64,000 bases of DNA, taken from the NCBI GenBank assembly GCA_017418275.1, contig JAFONX010000011.1, positions 2,050-66,049 on the forward strand, given 5' to 3'. The DNA comes from Candidatus Saccharimonadota bacterium. GTDB lineage: Bacteria > Patescibacteriota > Saccharimonadia > Saccharimonadales > Saccharimonadaceae. A program made the translations under genes and the position numbers. This document shows, in pieces, positions 26,656-35,846 of the stretch (within the stretch, counting starts at the first letter, position 1; each line of letters begins with the position of its first letter). The notes under the pieces were generated by a model. It saw only the letters and a program-made list of their open reading frames with translations. It ran no database searches and had not been told where the DNA came from.

Positions 26656-27354
26656 ATGAATTTGGAAGGCAAAAAGCTGAGTTTTTCACAAAAATACCCA
26701 GCGCTTAAAGATATTTTAAGTTTCCTAAGCTTTGTAGCGGCGGTGGTATTTGGTACTTTTATTTTGAACACTTTCGTATTTCGTAGCTACAATGTCGTAG
26801 GTGGTAGCATGGAGAATACTCTGCATTCTGGCGAGCGCGTAATCGTCAATCGCCTTGCGGTCTCTTATGAACATTTTCTTGGCAAAGAATATGTTCCAGA
26901 ACGCGGGCAAATTATCATATTCGCAAACGGCGGCAACGGCGAACTCAAGAGTTGCGAGGCGCAGACTGGTATCGCTGATCAATACATTGTAAAGCGCACA
27001 ATCGCTTTTCCTGGCGAACGTGTCACGGTCAAAGACGGAGTTTTAACAGTTTACAACGAACAACACCCTGAGGGTTTCAATCCAGACAATGACACACGCA
27101 TTTCTGACACCGACGGCCCAAAAGCCTATACTTCTGGCGACGTGGATATTATCGTACCAGAGGGCGAAATCTTCGTGAGCGGCGATAATCGCGAAGGTAA
27201 TAATTCCTTCGATTCACGTAGTGGTCTCGGCACAGTTCCGTATTGTCGCATCGTCGGCCCAGCTAAGTTGCGCATTTGGCCACTAGAAAAATTTAGGACA
27301 TCTAATATAAAATCCGCCAGCTGGACTGGCGGTTTTTTAAGCTTCAGTATCTAG
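26656..27354 (+). CDS. lepB: Signal peptidase I
   Basis: The S26 boxes are GGSMENTL (catalytic Ser), RGQIIIF, VKRTIAFPGE (catalytic Lys) and SGDNREGNNSFDSR. TGcTAAAAT lies 7 nt before the ATG. Confidence 0.88.
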   Translation: MNLEGKKLSFSQKYPALKDILSFLSFVAAVVFGTFILNTFVFRSYNVVGGSMENTLHSGERVIVNRLAVSYEHFLGKEYVPERGQIIIFANGGNGELKSCEAQTGIADQYIVKRTIAFPGERVTVKDGVLTVYNEQHPEGFNPDNDTRISDTDGPKAYTSGDVDIIVPEGEIFVSGDNREGNNSFDSRSGLGTVPYCRIVGPAKLRIWPLEKFRTSNIKSASWTGGFLSFSI

Positions 27355-28434
27355 CGATGGGCGGTCAAGTTGCTTGATTTCGATATTCTCTTTATCACTG
27401 GCGGTGATTTTTATTACGTCTTTATCGACTAGATTTAAGGATTTGTATGCTGCATTGTAATGATTCACAGTCGTACCGAGCGCATTCCCTAGTTTCTTCA
27501 TATAGCCGTCAAAAGCCGTAATATGCGAACCAAGCTTTGCGACGCGCGCCTGGATTTCTTGCGCATCCTTTTCGATTTGTAGACTGCGAAGCCCTTGCAA
27601 GATAGTCTGCAGATAAGCCATAAAACTTGTTGGACTTGTAATAATAACCTTTTTATCACGGAAGGCATATTCGATTAGGTCACGCTCGCTACCAGTCGTA
27701 CCAACCTTGGCAATTAATAGGTCGTAATATAACGCCTCTGACGGGATAAACATAAAAGCAAAATCCATGGTTTTCTCGCTCGGACGGATATATTTCGAGG
27801 TTTCATCAATACGACCTTTAAGATCGTCGCGCACCTTCTTGGCATATATTTCGCGCGTTGCCTTATCTTTGGCGGCCACCATGCGGTTGTAATTCTCAAG
27901 CGAAAACTTCGAGTCGACCGGAAGGATTTTTCCCTTATCCAGAAATACTGCCGCATCAACAATCTCGCCATCTTTAAACTTGTATTGTAAAGCGTAAGAA
28001 CCCGGCGGCAAAACATTACCTAAAACCGAGTCGAGGTAATACTCACCAAAGACACCGCGCTGTTTCGGATTTTGCAAAACTGCCTGAAGGGTTTTTAGTT
28101 CATCTGCAACCGACACGACATGCTTGTTAGTTTCCGTAATCGCCGCAATGCGCTCGGAAATGTCCGCCACAACTTTGTTAGACTCACGCAATTGTTTGCT
28201 AGACTCGGACAATTGTTGCGTGATTGACTCTTGCACTCTGGCATTATTGTTGTCTATTTTGCGATCGAGCGCTTGATTCATTTGCTCGATTTTGCTTTGC
28301 GTACGGTAATTATCGTCGTCGATTTTACGATTTAAATCCTTGCTGAGTTGTGAAAATTGTTTCGAGAAATAAAACATCATTACAACTAATACAACTATCA
28401 CGACAGCAATTACAATGATTGTCGAAATATCCAT
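27337..28434 (-). CDS. rmuC: DNA recombination protein RmuC
   Basis: An N-terminal TM and coiled coil are followed by a C-terminal RmuC nuclease-like region (MFIPSEALYYDL...). The start is set at ATG 28434 (MDISTII) because the longer ORF start at 28458 abuts the upstream terminator hairpin. TATAAT (28441-28446) lies 6 nt before ATG 28434. Confidence 0.8.
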   Translation of the reverse strand: MDISTIIVIAVVIVVLVVMMFYFSKQFSQLSKDLNRKIDDDNYRTQSKIEQMNQALDRKIDNNNARVQESITQQLSESSKQLRESNKVVADISERIAAITETNKHVVSVADELKTLQAVLQNPKQRGVFGEYYLDSVLGNVLPPGSYALQYKFKDGEIVDAAVFLDKGKILPVDSKFSLENYNRMVAAKDKATREIYAKKVRDDLKGRIDETSKYIRPSEKTMDFAFMFIPSEALYYDLLIAKVGTTGSERDLIEYAFRDKKVIITSPTSFMAYLQTILQGLRSLQIEKDAQEIQARVAKLGSHITAFDGYMKKLGNALGTTVNHYNAAYKSLNLVDKDVIKITASDKENIEIKQLDRPSLDTEA

Positions 28435-28459
28435 AAGCACATTATATACCAAAAGCATG

Positions 28460-28485
28460 AAAAAGCCGCCCTCAATGAGGGCGGC
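28460..28485 (-). terminator. Rho-independent terminator of the 28505-29200 gene
   Basis: gccgccctc-att-gagggcggc on the minus strand followed by ttttt. Confidence 0.85.
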
Positions 28486-28504
28486 AGGGTTATTTGCGTT
28501 ACGA

Positions 28505-29200
28505 TTACCCGCGACCGATTGAATCGCGCATCGTCGGCAACCTTAGCTCGTAAATTGGTTTTTCTGTCACGAGGATGCGTTCGATGTGCGCCCCTCTTAA
28601 TTTCTCTAAGAGAGTCCATTCCGCATCCACTATGCTTACTCTTGTCGGCTTTTGAGGACAGTCTGCGTCCGTGCATGCAATACGGCCATCCGTGATGATC
28701 CTGAGTTTTCCGGACGAATAAATCTCGAATCCCCCCATTCGTAGCACCCGCGAGTCAGCCGAAGGACGTTTGCTTCTAATCTGATACTCGCTCGGATTTC
28801 TCCTTATCACCTTGTTAAGGTGATGTTCCTTTTTCCAGGCTATAAACTCTTCCGAGTGGAAAAAGGCCCTTCGGTGTCCGTTTCTGTTATAAACAAGGTA
28901 CAGAACACCGTCGAGAGATCCCTGGTTTCTAAAAACTCGGCTCTCATTAATAAGCCTGCGGCTATTCTCTTTTTCAAGATACAGCCTTGCTATACCGTCC
29001 AAGCCCAGTTCGAATAAAACGGTATCTCCGCCGTTTTTTTGCGGACGAAAAGATGTCGCCGTTAGTGTGTTCTGACGCAGAACGACAAACCACTTGTCGA
29101 GCCATTTCACGTCAGTGCCACTCACGTCTAGCTTCTCTTTGCTTCCGCGAACGAAACCATCCTTAAAACAACCTCTCTCGATTGTTATTGCAGCGATCAT
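28505..29200 (-). CDS. Hypothetical Arg-rich soluble protein (232 aa), no family recognised
   Basis: ATG 29200 lies 8 nt after SD gggaaggggg. The ORF-track start at 29224 is a TTG with no SD. The gene has its own consensus promoter and terminator. Confidence 0.55.
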   Translation of the reverse strand: MIAAITIERGCFKDGFVRGSKEKLDVSGTDVKWLDKWFVVLRQNTLTATSFRPQKNGGDTVLFELGLDGIARLYLEKENSRRLINESRVFRNQGSLDGVLYLVYNRNGHRRAFFHSEEFIAWKKEHHLNKVIRRNPSEYQIRSKRPSADSRVLRMGGFEIYSSGKLRIITDGRIACTDADCPQKPTRVSIVDAEWTLLEKLRGAHIERILVTEKPIYELRLPTMRDSIGRG

Positions 29201-29260
29201 TTGGATCGCCCCCTTCCCTTTCAAGTAACTCGGCTTTTAGAGATTAAAACCGGTATGGTT

Positions 29261-29290
29261 ATTATACTACATTTTGCCATTTTTGTCAAT
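29261..29290 (-). promoter_or_regulatory. Consensus sigma70 promoter of the 28505-29200 gene
   Basis: On the minus strand: TTGACA (29285-29290), a 17-nt spacer and TATAAT (29261-29266). Confidence 0.6.
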
Positions 29291-29345
29291 CGTGGTCCTT
29301 AATTTACGACCTTTACAACCTAAAAACGTTTCTGTTTTTCTATCA

Positions 29346-29377
29346 AAAATCGGCCTGGGCGAAACCAAGCCGATTTT
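29346..29377 (-). terminator. Strong rho-independent terminator of the surface-protein gene
   Basis: atcggcttgg-tttcg-cccaggccgat on the minus strand, flanked by A and T runs. Confidence 0.85.
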
Positions 29378-29405
29378 CTTTATAAGGCGCTTTATGGTTG
29401 TTTAA

Positions 29406-32400
29406 CTAGTATGCGACACAACGGACAGCAAAGCCACGCGTTTCTTCGTACCAGTTATCTGGGCTCATACCACCGCTACTGACACCCATCATATATGCCC
29501 CACCGTTGTACATGGCAGTAGTCGACCAATAATCGCCTTCATCACCACGAATCCAGGTCCCCGAGTTGACAATATATCCAGACAGGACGATATTATTCGG
29601 GAAGGAGCGCCAATGTTTCGCGTCATCAAACGATTGATAGCTGGTGCTACTGCCGTTACTCATTAGTCGAGTAAGATAATAGAAGCCTCCACTCGTGTTG
29701 CCACCCTTTTCGTTAGTCTTATTGCCACCGTATGGCAGATGCCAGCCCGCAGGGCAAATGTCACCCGTTACAACTTCCGCCTCGTTAATGGAGAATGTAC
29801 CTCTACCCGCAGTAGCAGAGTACCAGTTGTAGTAGTTACCATAAGCCTTGATCTTAAAGTCGAAATACTTTTCGCGTCTTACATTAGTAAAGTCTAGGCT
29901 AAACACTGGTGAAACATCGACAGCTGTAGTATTAGTAGTATTGAGCATCGATTGGTTGACGCAATTCGGGTCATAATTGTCGCCGCACCAATCACTGAGC
30001 GACGAAGCCGTCAGCTTATTAGACGTGATTTGTTCCACATAATTATTAGTGAGCGGGAGCGCTGGATTATTCGTGTTCTGCGATGACAATTCTGCACTAT
30101 CATCCAACCTTAGGTTTTCCGTCATCCAACAGTTGCCGTCGACGAGCCTTGCCACGGTATAGACGTTGCCATCCCTACTATCCGTAAGTGCCGTAACGGT
30201 ATTTTTGCCAACACTGAGGGTATTTGTGGAAATATCGTAAGTAGTGGCCGTAAGGTCAGAACAACCTTGCCAGTTTTGAAGGGTTACCGGCTCTCCGCTA
30301 GAGGTAGTCTCCGCTGGTGCCCAGACCGCATAGAGCTTTAGATCATTCGTAGTGCTTGGGTTAACTGCAATAGTCTGGTTTGGACCATAAATGACTGGGT
30401 TATTCGAATCATCGTTATCAGTCAGATGATCCCAAGCATTCTGATCTGCGCTCCAACCCACAAAACCATAACCTTGTTTCGAGAAGTTAGGGGCGATAAG
30501 ATCGACTTCCTTGTTGCTAGATCCAGTATCAGCAGTATGTTGCTCTACGGCATTCATGTCAGTGCCAGCGTCTGCACCATTACCGTCATAAACGACATAG
30601 AATACATCATCAAATCCTTCTTCCCACTGTGCATAGAGTGTGAAGGTTTTGCCATTTTCGGTTGCAGTATACTCTTCTTCGTCCGCATAGCTAGTGCCAC
30701 TGCCATCTCTTTCTGTATTCCAATTACTAAATCTATATCCAGCTTTAGCGAACAGATTAGTACTCAGAGACATAGCAGTGTTTAAGGCTAAACCTTGGCT
30801 TATCATGCTACCAATTTCGCCGCCATTAGCATCGAAGTTAATAGTGGTCTGCTGGGCAGCAACACAACGCACCGAATAACCGCCGGACTTAAACGCCGTA
30901 TTGCTTACACTACTGGAACCCGCATCAAAGTACATGATATTAGCGTAATTATCCAATGATCCATAGCTAGTCTGAGCAATTTTTGCAGTAGACGTCCAAT
31001 AGCCACCACTATAACCACGACCACTTACCCCCGTACTGTACCAGTTACCAGCGTAAATGAAGTTATTTGGGAAAGTACGCCATCTATTGGAGGCTTCTAG
31101 GGTATTTTGCCAGCTACCCGTACCGCCCATAGTAACATCCAGATGGGGGAAGGAGCCGTTATTACCCGCCTGAACACCCATTGGCAAGGTCCAGCCAGAA
31201 GGACAGATATCGCCAGCTGCCGCTTCTACGCCTCGTGAACCAGTACCGAACAAGCCGTTACCGGTTGTGGCAGAATACCAGTTATAGTAGTTACCGTAAG
31301 CGACTAAGCCTGTATTAAAGCTGCCGTTGTCGTAACTATGCGCAGCATTAGTAAAGTCATAGCTAAAGGTTGGCGATGCGATGCCGTCATCTATATTGGA
31401 AGTATTAATCACAGACTGGTTGGTACATTCCTCATCGACATTAGTACACCAAGAATTCGACGACACGGAAAGTCTATTAGATAAGGTTTGCCCTGCATAG
31501 TCGTTCTTGAGCGGCAACGAAGGATTATGAGTATTAGTGATAGAAAATTCCGACGCAATCGCCTCGTTAGCCGTAGAGTTATCCAATCTTAGGTTTTCCG
31601 TCATCCAACAGTTGCCATCGGAGAGTCTTGCTACGGTATAAATATTGCCGTCTCTACCGTCCGTAAGTGCCGTAATGGTGTTTTTGCCGATTTTGAGAGC
31701 ATTCGTATCGCTATCGTAAGTAGTAGGCGTAAGAGCCGAACAGCCTTGCCACTCCTGGAGGGTTACATAGTTACCGCTCGCAGTAGTTTCTGCCGGTGCC
31801 CAAACCGCATAGAGGATTAGCCTTGCGGACGCGCTTGGATTAACAGCAATGGTTTGGTTAGGACCGTAAATAACAGAATCATTCGATTCATCGTCATCCG
31901 TTAACTTATCCCAAGCATCCTTATCTTCGCTCCAGCCCACAAAACCATGACCTTGCTTCGTAAAGTTAGGCGCCAAGAGGTCAACTTGTTTACTTTCAGA
32001 TTCTAGGTCAGTAGTAAATTGCTCCACGTTATTCATGTCAGAACCGGAGTCCGCCCCGTTGCCCTTATAGGAAATTGTAAAGGCTTCTTCCCATATAGCA
32101 TAAAGCGTGAGGGTTTGACTTGGACTAAGAGTTAGTTTTGTTGCAATATCTTTTTCTGTTCTGTACGTAGGCTTTGTGGCGTCCTTATCTTCGCTCCAAC
32201 CAAGGAAGTGATAGTAATCTTCCGAGCCAGGCAAGCTATACTTTCCGCCTTGAACCATGTTGCCAATTAAGTTGACCGGATCGCCATTAGTATCATAGCC
32301 GGTTAGTATCGCATAGTAACCATAGCCCGAATGACAACCTCTTGAGCCGTTATTTGGTCCGGTCGTATACGCCATAGTTACCGTATCACCATCAACATAG

Positions 32401-33632
32401 GTCTTTGCGTCTTTATAAGGACCAAAGACATATTTACCGTTCGTGTTATCAAAAGCACGAATTGCACTGTCGAGGTTGCCCGTTGCAGTATAGTCTGGAT
32501 GATTACCAGCCCAGAAAGTGAAGTAGTCATTTTCATCATCTGGACAACCATCACTTTCGGTATATGTGACATTAACTTGAACTTTGTCAGCACCAGGGAA
32601 ATCATAGACAAAGGTTTCACTTGAATCGACCGGATACATACGATTCGGATACGAAGGATCTATAAAGACGCCATTCTCATTCATATTTGGCGTAAACGAG
32701 TACTTGTTAGTATATGGCGTGACAGCTCCCGTGTCATACCTTACCACATTGCTCGTCCGGGTCTCGTCATTATTGAAATACAAGCCATTACCATCAAAGG
32801 TCACAATGGCTAGGTCTGTCCGGTTTGCCGTAGCTTTATATTTTATATCACTACTTTGATAGGTTCCGGCTTGAACACCTGGAACTATATAAAAGCCGTA
32901 GTAGAAAGTCACAGTGTCGTTTGCTTCCGTAGCTTCATAATCCTTGTCCGTAATGACGGTTGGCTTACTCGCATTGGCGGATAGCCCAGTAAAGACTTCG
33001 CTATCTTTACTCTCTGGTTCTGTCAAGCTCAAACCATAGGTATTACCTGCCAAAGCAAGCAACTCGTCTTCGTCCGGAGCGACCATTGGGATAATGTTGG
33101 CGCTATTCGCAGTAGACACCAAGTCTGTACTGGTCGCATAAGCGGTAAGAGTATAACCAGCCTCTGTAGCCTCCTCTACAGTTACTTCTACTGGTAACAC
33201 AGCAAAAACCGGCTCGTCGTCGATTTCTATGGTGAAGTCTGTATCTGATACGCTCAAGGCAAGGCCACCTTCGCCTTCTTCTTCACCACTGTTCCCAGTA
33301 TTCTGCATAAATGCAGTAGAAGAACTGATCGTGATTACTACAGCGATTGCCGCAAGACCTGCAAAAACCTGCTTTTTGTTTTTTAACACAGTTTTAAGCC
33401 GCTCTACTAGGTGCACTAGTCTAGTAGTTTTACCGGCTTTTTTGTGTTTTTTATATGTGTAGTTCGCCAATACTAAACTTAGTATGACTAAAAATAGTAC
33501 CGCACCCAGCATAATGGCGGCTTCGGGTGCCCCAATCCCATGCGTAAATAGCCCAGTATTAACTGAGCCTCCGCTAGGATCTACTGGAGCGGGATTACCA
33601 TGCTCAATAATATTGAGCGTAATCTTGCTCAT
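29406..33632 (-). CDS. Large cell-surface protein (1408 aa) with an N-terminal double-TM anchor, Listeria-Bacteroides-type repeats and two Fibrobacter-succinogenes-major-paralogous-type (FISUMP) domains
   Basis: SD aaaggagaaagg. Listeria-Bacteroides repeat signatures include TINFDANGG...AGYRFSNWNT...TLYAQWE and YKGNGAD...GHGFVGWSED...LYAVWA. FISUMP signatures occur twice: DGRDGNIYTVARLSDGNCWMTENLR, YGNYYNWYSAT, GDICPSGWTLP, GGYWTST and YSVRCV. Confidence 0.8.
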   Translation of the reverse strand: MSKITLNIIEHGNPAPVDPSGGSVNTGLFTHGIGAPEAAIMLGAVLFLVILSLVLANYTYKKHKKAGKTTRLVHLVERLKTVLKNKKQVFAGLAAIAVVITISSSTAFMQNTGNSGEEEGEGGLALSVSDTDFTIEIDDEPVFAVLPVEVTVEEATEAGYTLTAYATSTDLVSTANSANIIPMVAPDEDELLALAGNTYGLSLTEPESKDSEVFTGLSANASKPTVITDKDYEATEANDTVTFYYGFYIVPGVQAGTYQSSDIKYKATANRTDLAIVTFDGNGLYFNNDETRTSNVVRYDTGAVTPYTNKYSFTPNMNENGVFIDPSYPNRMYPVDSSETFVYDFPGADKVQVNVTYTESDGCPDDENDYFTFWAGNHPDYTATGNLDSAIRAFDNTNGKYVFGPYKDAKTYVDGDTVTMAYTTGPNNGSRGCHSGYGYYAILTGYDTNGDPVNLIGNMVQGGKYSLPGSEDYYHFLGWSEDKDATKPTYRTEKDIATKLTLSPSQTLTLYAIWEEAFTISYKGNGADSGSDMNNVEQFTTDLESESKQVDLLAPNFTKQGHGFVGWSEDKDAWDKLTDDDESNDSVIYGPNQTIAVNPSASARLILYAVWAPAETTASGNYVTLQEWQGCSALTPTTYDSDTNALKIGKNTITALTDGRDGNIYTVARLSDGNCWMTENLRLDNSTANEAIASEFSITNTHNPSLPLKNDYAGQTLSNRLSVSSNSWCTNVDEECTNQSVINTSNIDDGIASPTFSYDFTNAAHSYDNGSFNTGLVAYGNYYNWYSATTGNGLFGTGSRGVEAAAGDICPSGWTLPMGVQAGNNGSFPHLDVTMGGTGSWQNTLEASNRWRTFPNNFIYAGNWYSTGVSGRGYSGGYWTSTAKIAQTSYGSLDNYANIMYFDAGSSSVSNTAFKSGGYSVRCVAAQQTTINFDANGGEIGSMISQGLALNTAMSLSTNLFAKAGYRFSNWNTERDGSGTSYADEEEYTATENGKTFTLYAQWEEGFDDVFYVVYDGNGADAGTDMNAVEQHTADTGSSNKEVDLIAPNFSKQGYGFVGWSADQNAWDHLTDNDDSNNPVIYGPNQTIAVNPSTTNDLKLYAVWAPAETTSSGEPVTLQNWQGCSDLTATTYDISTNTLSVGKNTVTALTDSRDGNVYTVARLVDGNCWMTENLRLDDSAELSSQNTNNPALPLTNNYVEQITSNKLTASSLSDWCGDNYDPNCVNQSMLNTTNTTAVDVSPVFSLDFTNVRREKYFDFKIKAYGNYYNWYSATAGRGTFSINEAEVVTGDICPAGWHLPYGGNKTNEKGGNTSGGFYYLTRLMSNGSSTSYQSFDDAKHWRSFPNNIVLSGYIVNSGTWIRGDEGDYWSTTAMYNGGAYMMGVSSGGMSPDNWYEETRGFAVRCVAY
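29409..30605 (-). repeat. Internal duplication copy 2 (aa 1010-1408) of the surface protein
   Basis: Evidence as for copy 1. The two copies are separated by one 82-aa canonical Listeria-Bacteroides repeat (aa 928-1009). Confidence 0.85.
30852..32084 (-). repeat. Internal duplication copy 1 (aa 517-927) of the surface protein
   Basis: Copy 1 aligns by eye with aa 1010-1408 along its whole length. Nucleotide-level identity blocks are visible, for example ttaggttttccgtcatccaacagttgcc at about 31585 and about 30109. Confidence 0.85.
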
Positions 33633-33729
33633 TTACCTTTCTCCTTTTTGGGTTTTTGTTTTTGTTTTGATGCTCTCTTGGTTTTTAGCATAACATACTA
33701 GACAAAAGTCAATAAAGTTAAGCTTACAT

Positions 33730-33753
33730 AAAAAAACCGCCCTTTCGAGCGGT
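33730..33753 (-). terminator. Rho-independent terminator after dnaK
   Basis: accgctc-gaaa-gggcggt on the minus strand followed by ttttttt. Confidence 0.8.
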
Positions 33754-33770
33754 ATTTTATGGTTTAATTA

Positions 33771-35672
33771 TTATTCGACCACTTCGCCTTCGACAGCGCC
33801 ATCGTCTTTGTTATCGTCGGCGTTGACGTGATGTGTGTTGGTTTCACTACCGTTTGCATCGCTACCGGCTTGCTGATACATCTTTGCGCCGATTGGCATA
33901 ATCTTGTCGCTGAGCTCTTTTGCGGCAGCTTCGAGTTTGTCTTTGTCGTCGCCAGCTTCTTCGAGCGCCTTCTTGGCTTCTTTGACAGCTTCCTCGATAG
34001 TCTTCTTATCATCATCGGAGATTTTGTCTTTGTATTCAGTAGGCATTTTTTCAGCGGCATAGATTTGGTTTTCGAGCTGATTCTTAGCCTCGACCGCTTC
34101 CTTACGTTTCTTGTCATCTGCAGCATGCTCTTCTGCTTCACGCTGAGCCTTTTCAATATCCGCCTTGCTCATGTTGCCAGAGTTCTGAATTGTAATGCTC
34201 TGCTCTTTACCAGTACCTTTATCCTTAGCAGTAACATTCAAGATACCGTTAGCGTCGAGACTAAAGGTGACTTCAATCTGCGGAATACCGCGTGGAGCTG
34301 GAGCAATACCATCAAGAATGAAGCGGCCAAGCGATTTATTATCCTTTGCAAATTCGCGTTCGCCCTGAAGGACATGGATTTCTACCTGGTTCTGATTATC
34401 GCTTGCAGTCGAGAATGTTTCGGACTTGCTGGTCGGAATTGTCGTATTACGATCAATCAATGGAGTGCGGACACCACCCATCGTTTCGATGCCGAGAGTA
34501 AGTGGGGTTACATCGAGAAGGAGAACATCCTTAACGTCACCAGCAAGAACACCACCCTGAATTGCGGCGCCAACAGCCACAACCTCGTCCGGGTTAACGC
34601 CTTGCATTGGATCTTTACCAAAGAGCTTCTTGGCACGTTCAACGACGGCTGGCATACGGGTCATACCGCCAACCATGACTACTTCGCTAATGTCTTTCGA
34701 TTCAAGCTTAGCATCGTCGAGAGCCTTCTTGACTGGACCATCGAGACGGTCGAGCAGTTCAGCAACGAGCTCTTCGAGCTTGGCACGCGTCAAAGTAAGT
34801 TCAAGGTGCTTAGGACCATCGGCGTCGGCTGTAATATATGGCAAGTTAATTTCGGTTTCGTTGGCGGAAGAAAGTTCCTTCTTCGCCTTTTCAGCCTCAT
34901 CCTTAATGCGCTGCATGGCGGTTGGATCTTTACGAAGATCGATGCCATTTTCCTTTTCGAAGTTAGAAAGAATGTAGTCGACAATCTTGTTATCGAAATC
35001 TTCGCCACCGAGATGAGTATCACCGTTGGTTGATTTTACTTCAAAGACACCGTCGCCAATCTCGAGGACGGAAACATCGAAAGTACCGCCACCAAGGTCG
35101 AAGACCACAATCTTTTGGTCGTCTTTCTTGTCTAAACCATAAGCCAAAGCAGCGGCAGTTGGCTCATTAATAATACGGCGTACTTCAAGACCAGCAATTT
35201 TACCAGCATCCTTTGTGGCCAGACGCTGAGAATCATCAAAGTAGGCCGGAACAGTAATAATAGCCTCAGTAACTGGCTCGCCAAGATAAGCTTCGGCATC
35301 AGCTTTGATCTTGCTAAGAATCATCGCAGAGACTTCTTCTGGCGTCTGAGCTTTGTTGGCGAGTTCGACCGCTACGCCATTACCCTTTTCGACAATCTTA
35401 AATGGTACAACTTCTTTGTCGCGCTGAACCTCTTTGTCATTATATTTACGGCCAATGAGACGCTTAATGCCATAGATAGTGTTTTCTGGGTTTGTCACGC
35501 GCTGACGCTGAGCAACCTTACCAACGAGGCGGTCGCCTTTCTTCGTAACAGCTACAACAGAAGGAGTCGTACGATCACCTTCACTGTTTGTAATAACTTC
35601 TGGCTTTCCAGCGACCATGTAGGCGAACGCAGAGTTCGTTGTACCAAGGTCAATACCAATAATTTTACCCAT
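33771..35672 (-). CDS. dnaK: Molecular chaperone DnaK (Hsp70)
   Basis: [24 protein letters not shown] and VGGMTRMP are the Hsp70 signatures. 633 aa. SD aaaggaga. Confidence 0.97.
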   Translation of the reverse strand: MGKIIGIDLGTTNSAFAYMVAGKPEVITNSEGDRTTPSVVAVTKKGDRLVGKVAQRQRVTNPENTIYGIKRLIGRKYNDKEVQRDKEVVPFKIVEKGNGVAVELANKAQTPEEVSAMILSKIKADAEAYLGEPVTEAIITVPAYFDDSQRLATKDAGKIAGLEVRRIINEPTAAALAYGLDKKDDQKIVVFDLGGGTFDVSVLEIGDGVFEVKSTNGDTHLGGEDFDNKIVDYILSNFEKENGIDLRKDPTAMQRIKDEAEKAKKELSSANETEINLPYITADADGPKHLELTLTRAKLEELVAELLDRLDGPVKKALDDAKLESKDISEVVMVGGMTRMPAVVERAKKLFGKDPMQGVNPDEVVAVGAAIQGGVLAGDVKDVLLLDVTPLTLGIETMGGVRTPLIDRNTTIPTSKSETFSTASDNQNQVEIHVLQGEREFAKDNKSLGRFILDGIAPAPRGIPQIEVTFSLDANGILNVTAKDKGTGKEQSITIQNSGNMSKADIEKAQREAEEHAADDKKRKEAVEAKNQLENQIYAAEKMPTEYKDKISDDDKKTIEEAVKEAKKALEEAGDDKDKLEAAAKELSDKIMPIGAKMYQQAGSDANGSETNTHHVNADDNKDDGAVEGEVVE

Positions 35673-35702
35673 TAGTTTTCTCCTTTGAAATCTTGCTTAT
35701 GT

Positions 35703-35729
35703 TTAGCACTCAATCATGACGAGTGCTAA
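35703..35729. promoter_or_regulatory. CIRCE operator (HrcA binding site), perfect consensus
   Basis: TTAGCACTC-aatcatgac-GAGTGCTAA, matching the TTAGCACTC-N9-GAGTGCTAA consensus. It lies in the dnaK 5' leader. Confidence 0.9.
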
Positions 35730-35740
35730 AATCTATAGTC

Positions 35741-35769
35741 ATTATATCGCCTTAGCACTCAGACGTCAA
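35741..35769 (-). promoter_or_regulatory. dnaK sigma70-type promoter
   Basis: On the minus strand: TTGACG (35764-35769), a 17-nt spacer and TATAAT (35741-35746). Confidence 0.7.
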
Positions 35770-35778
35770 TAGTGCTAA
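35752..35778. promoter_or_regulatory. Second CIRCE operator (one mismatch), overlapping the dnaK promoter
   Basis: TTAGCACTC-agacgtcaa-TAGTGCTAA. The minus-strand -35 TTGACG lies inside its spacer. Confidence 0.8.
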
Positions 35779-35814
35779 TTTAGTTTTTTCGCTTTTATTT
35801 TTCGTCTCAGACAA

Positions 35815-35837
35815 CAAGAAAGAGCCCGAGGGGGCTC
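35815..35837 (-). terminator. Terminator after the Mur ligase gene
   Basis: gagccc-cctc-gggctc on the minus strand followed by tttctt. Confidence 0.6.
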
Positions 35838-35846
35838 GATTGTTGC

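Noticed and set aside
28435-28458. Longer RmuC start (MLLVYNVL...)
   Set aside because: ATG 28458 abuts the terminator hairpin of the upstream gene. ATG 28434 has TATAAT 6 nt upstream.
33828-35033. 401-aa ORF on the plus strand inside dnaK
   Set aside because: It is antisense to an unambiguous Hsp70 gene, has no SD or promoter, and its composition is low-complexity Phe/Leu/Ile-rich. It is a typical shadow ORF.
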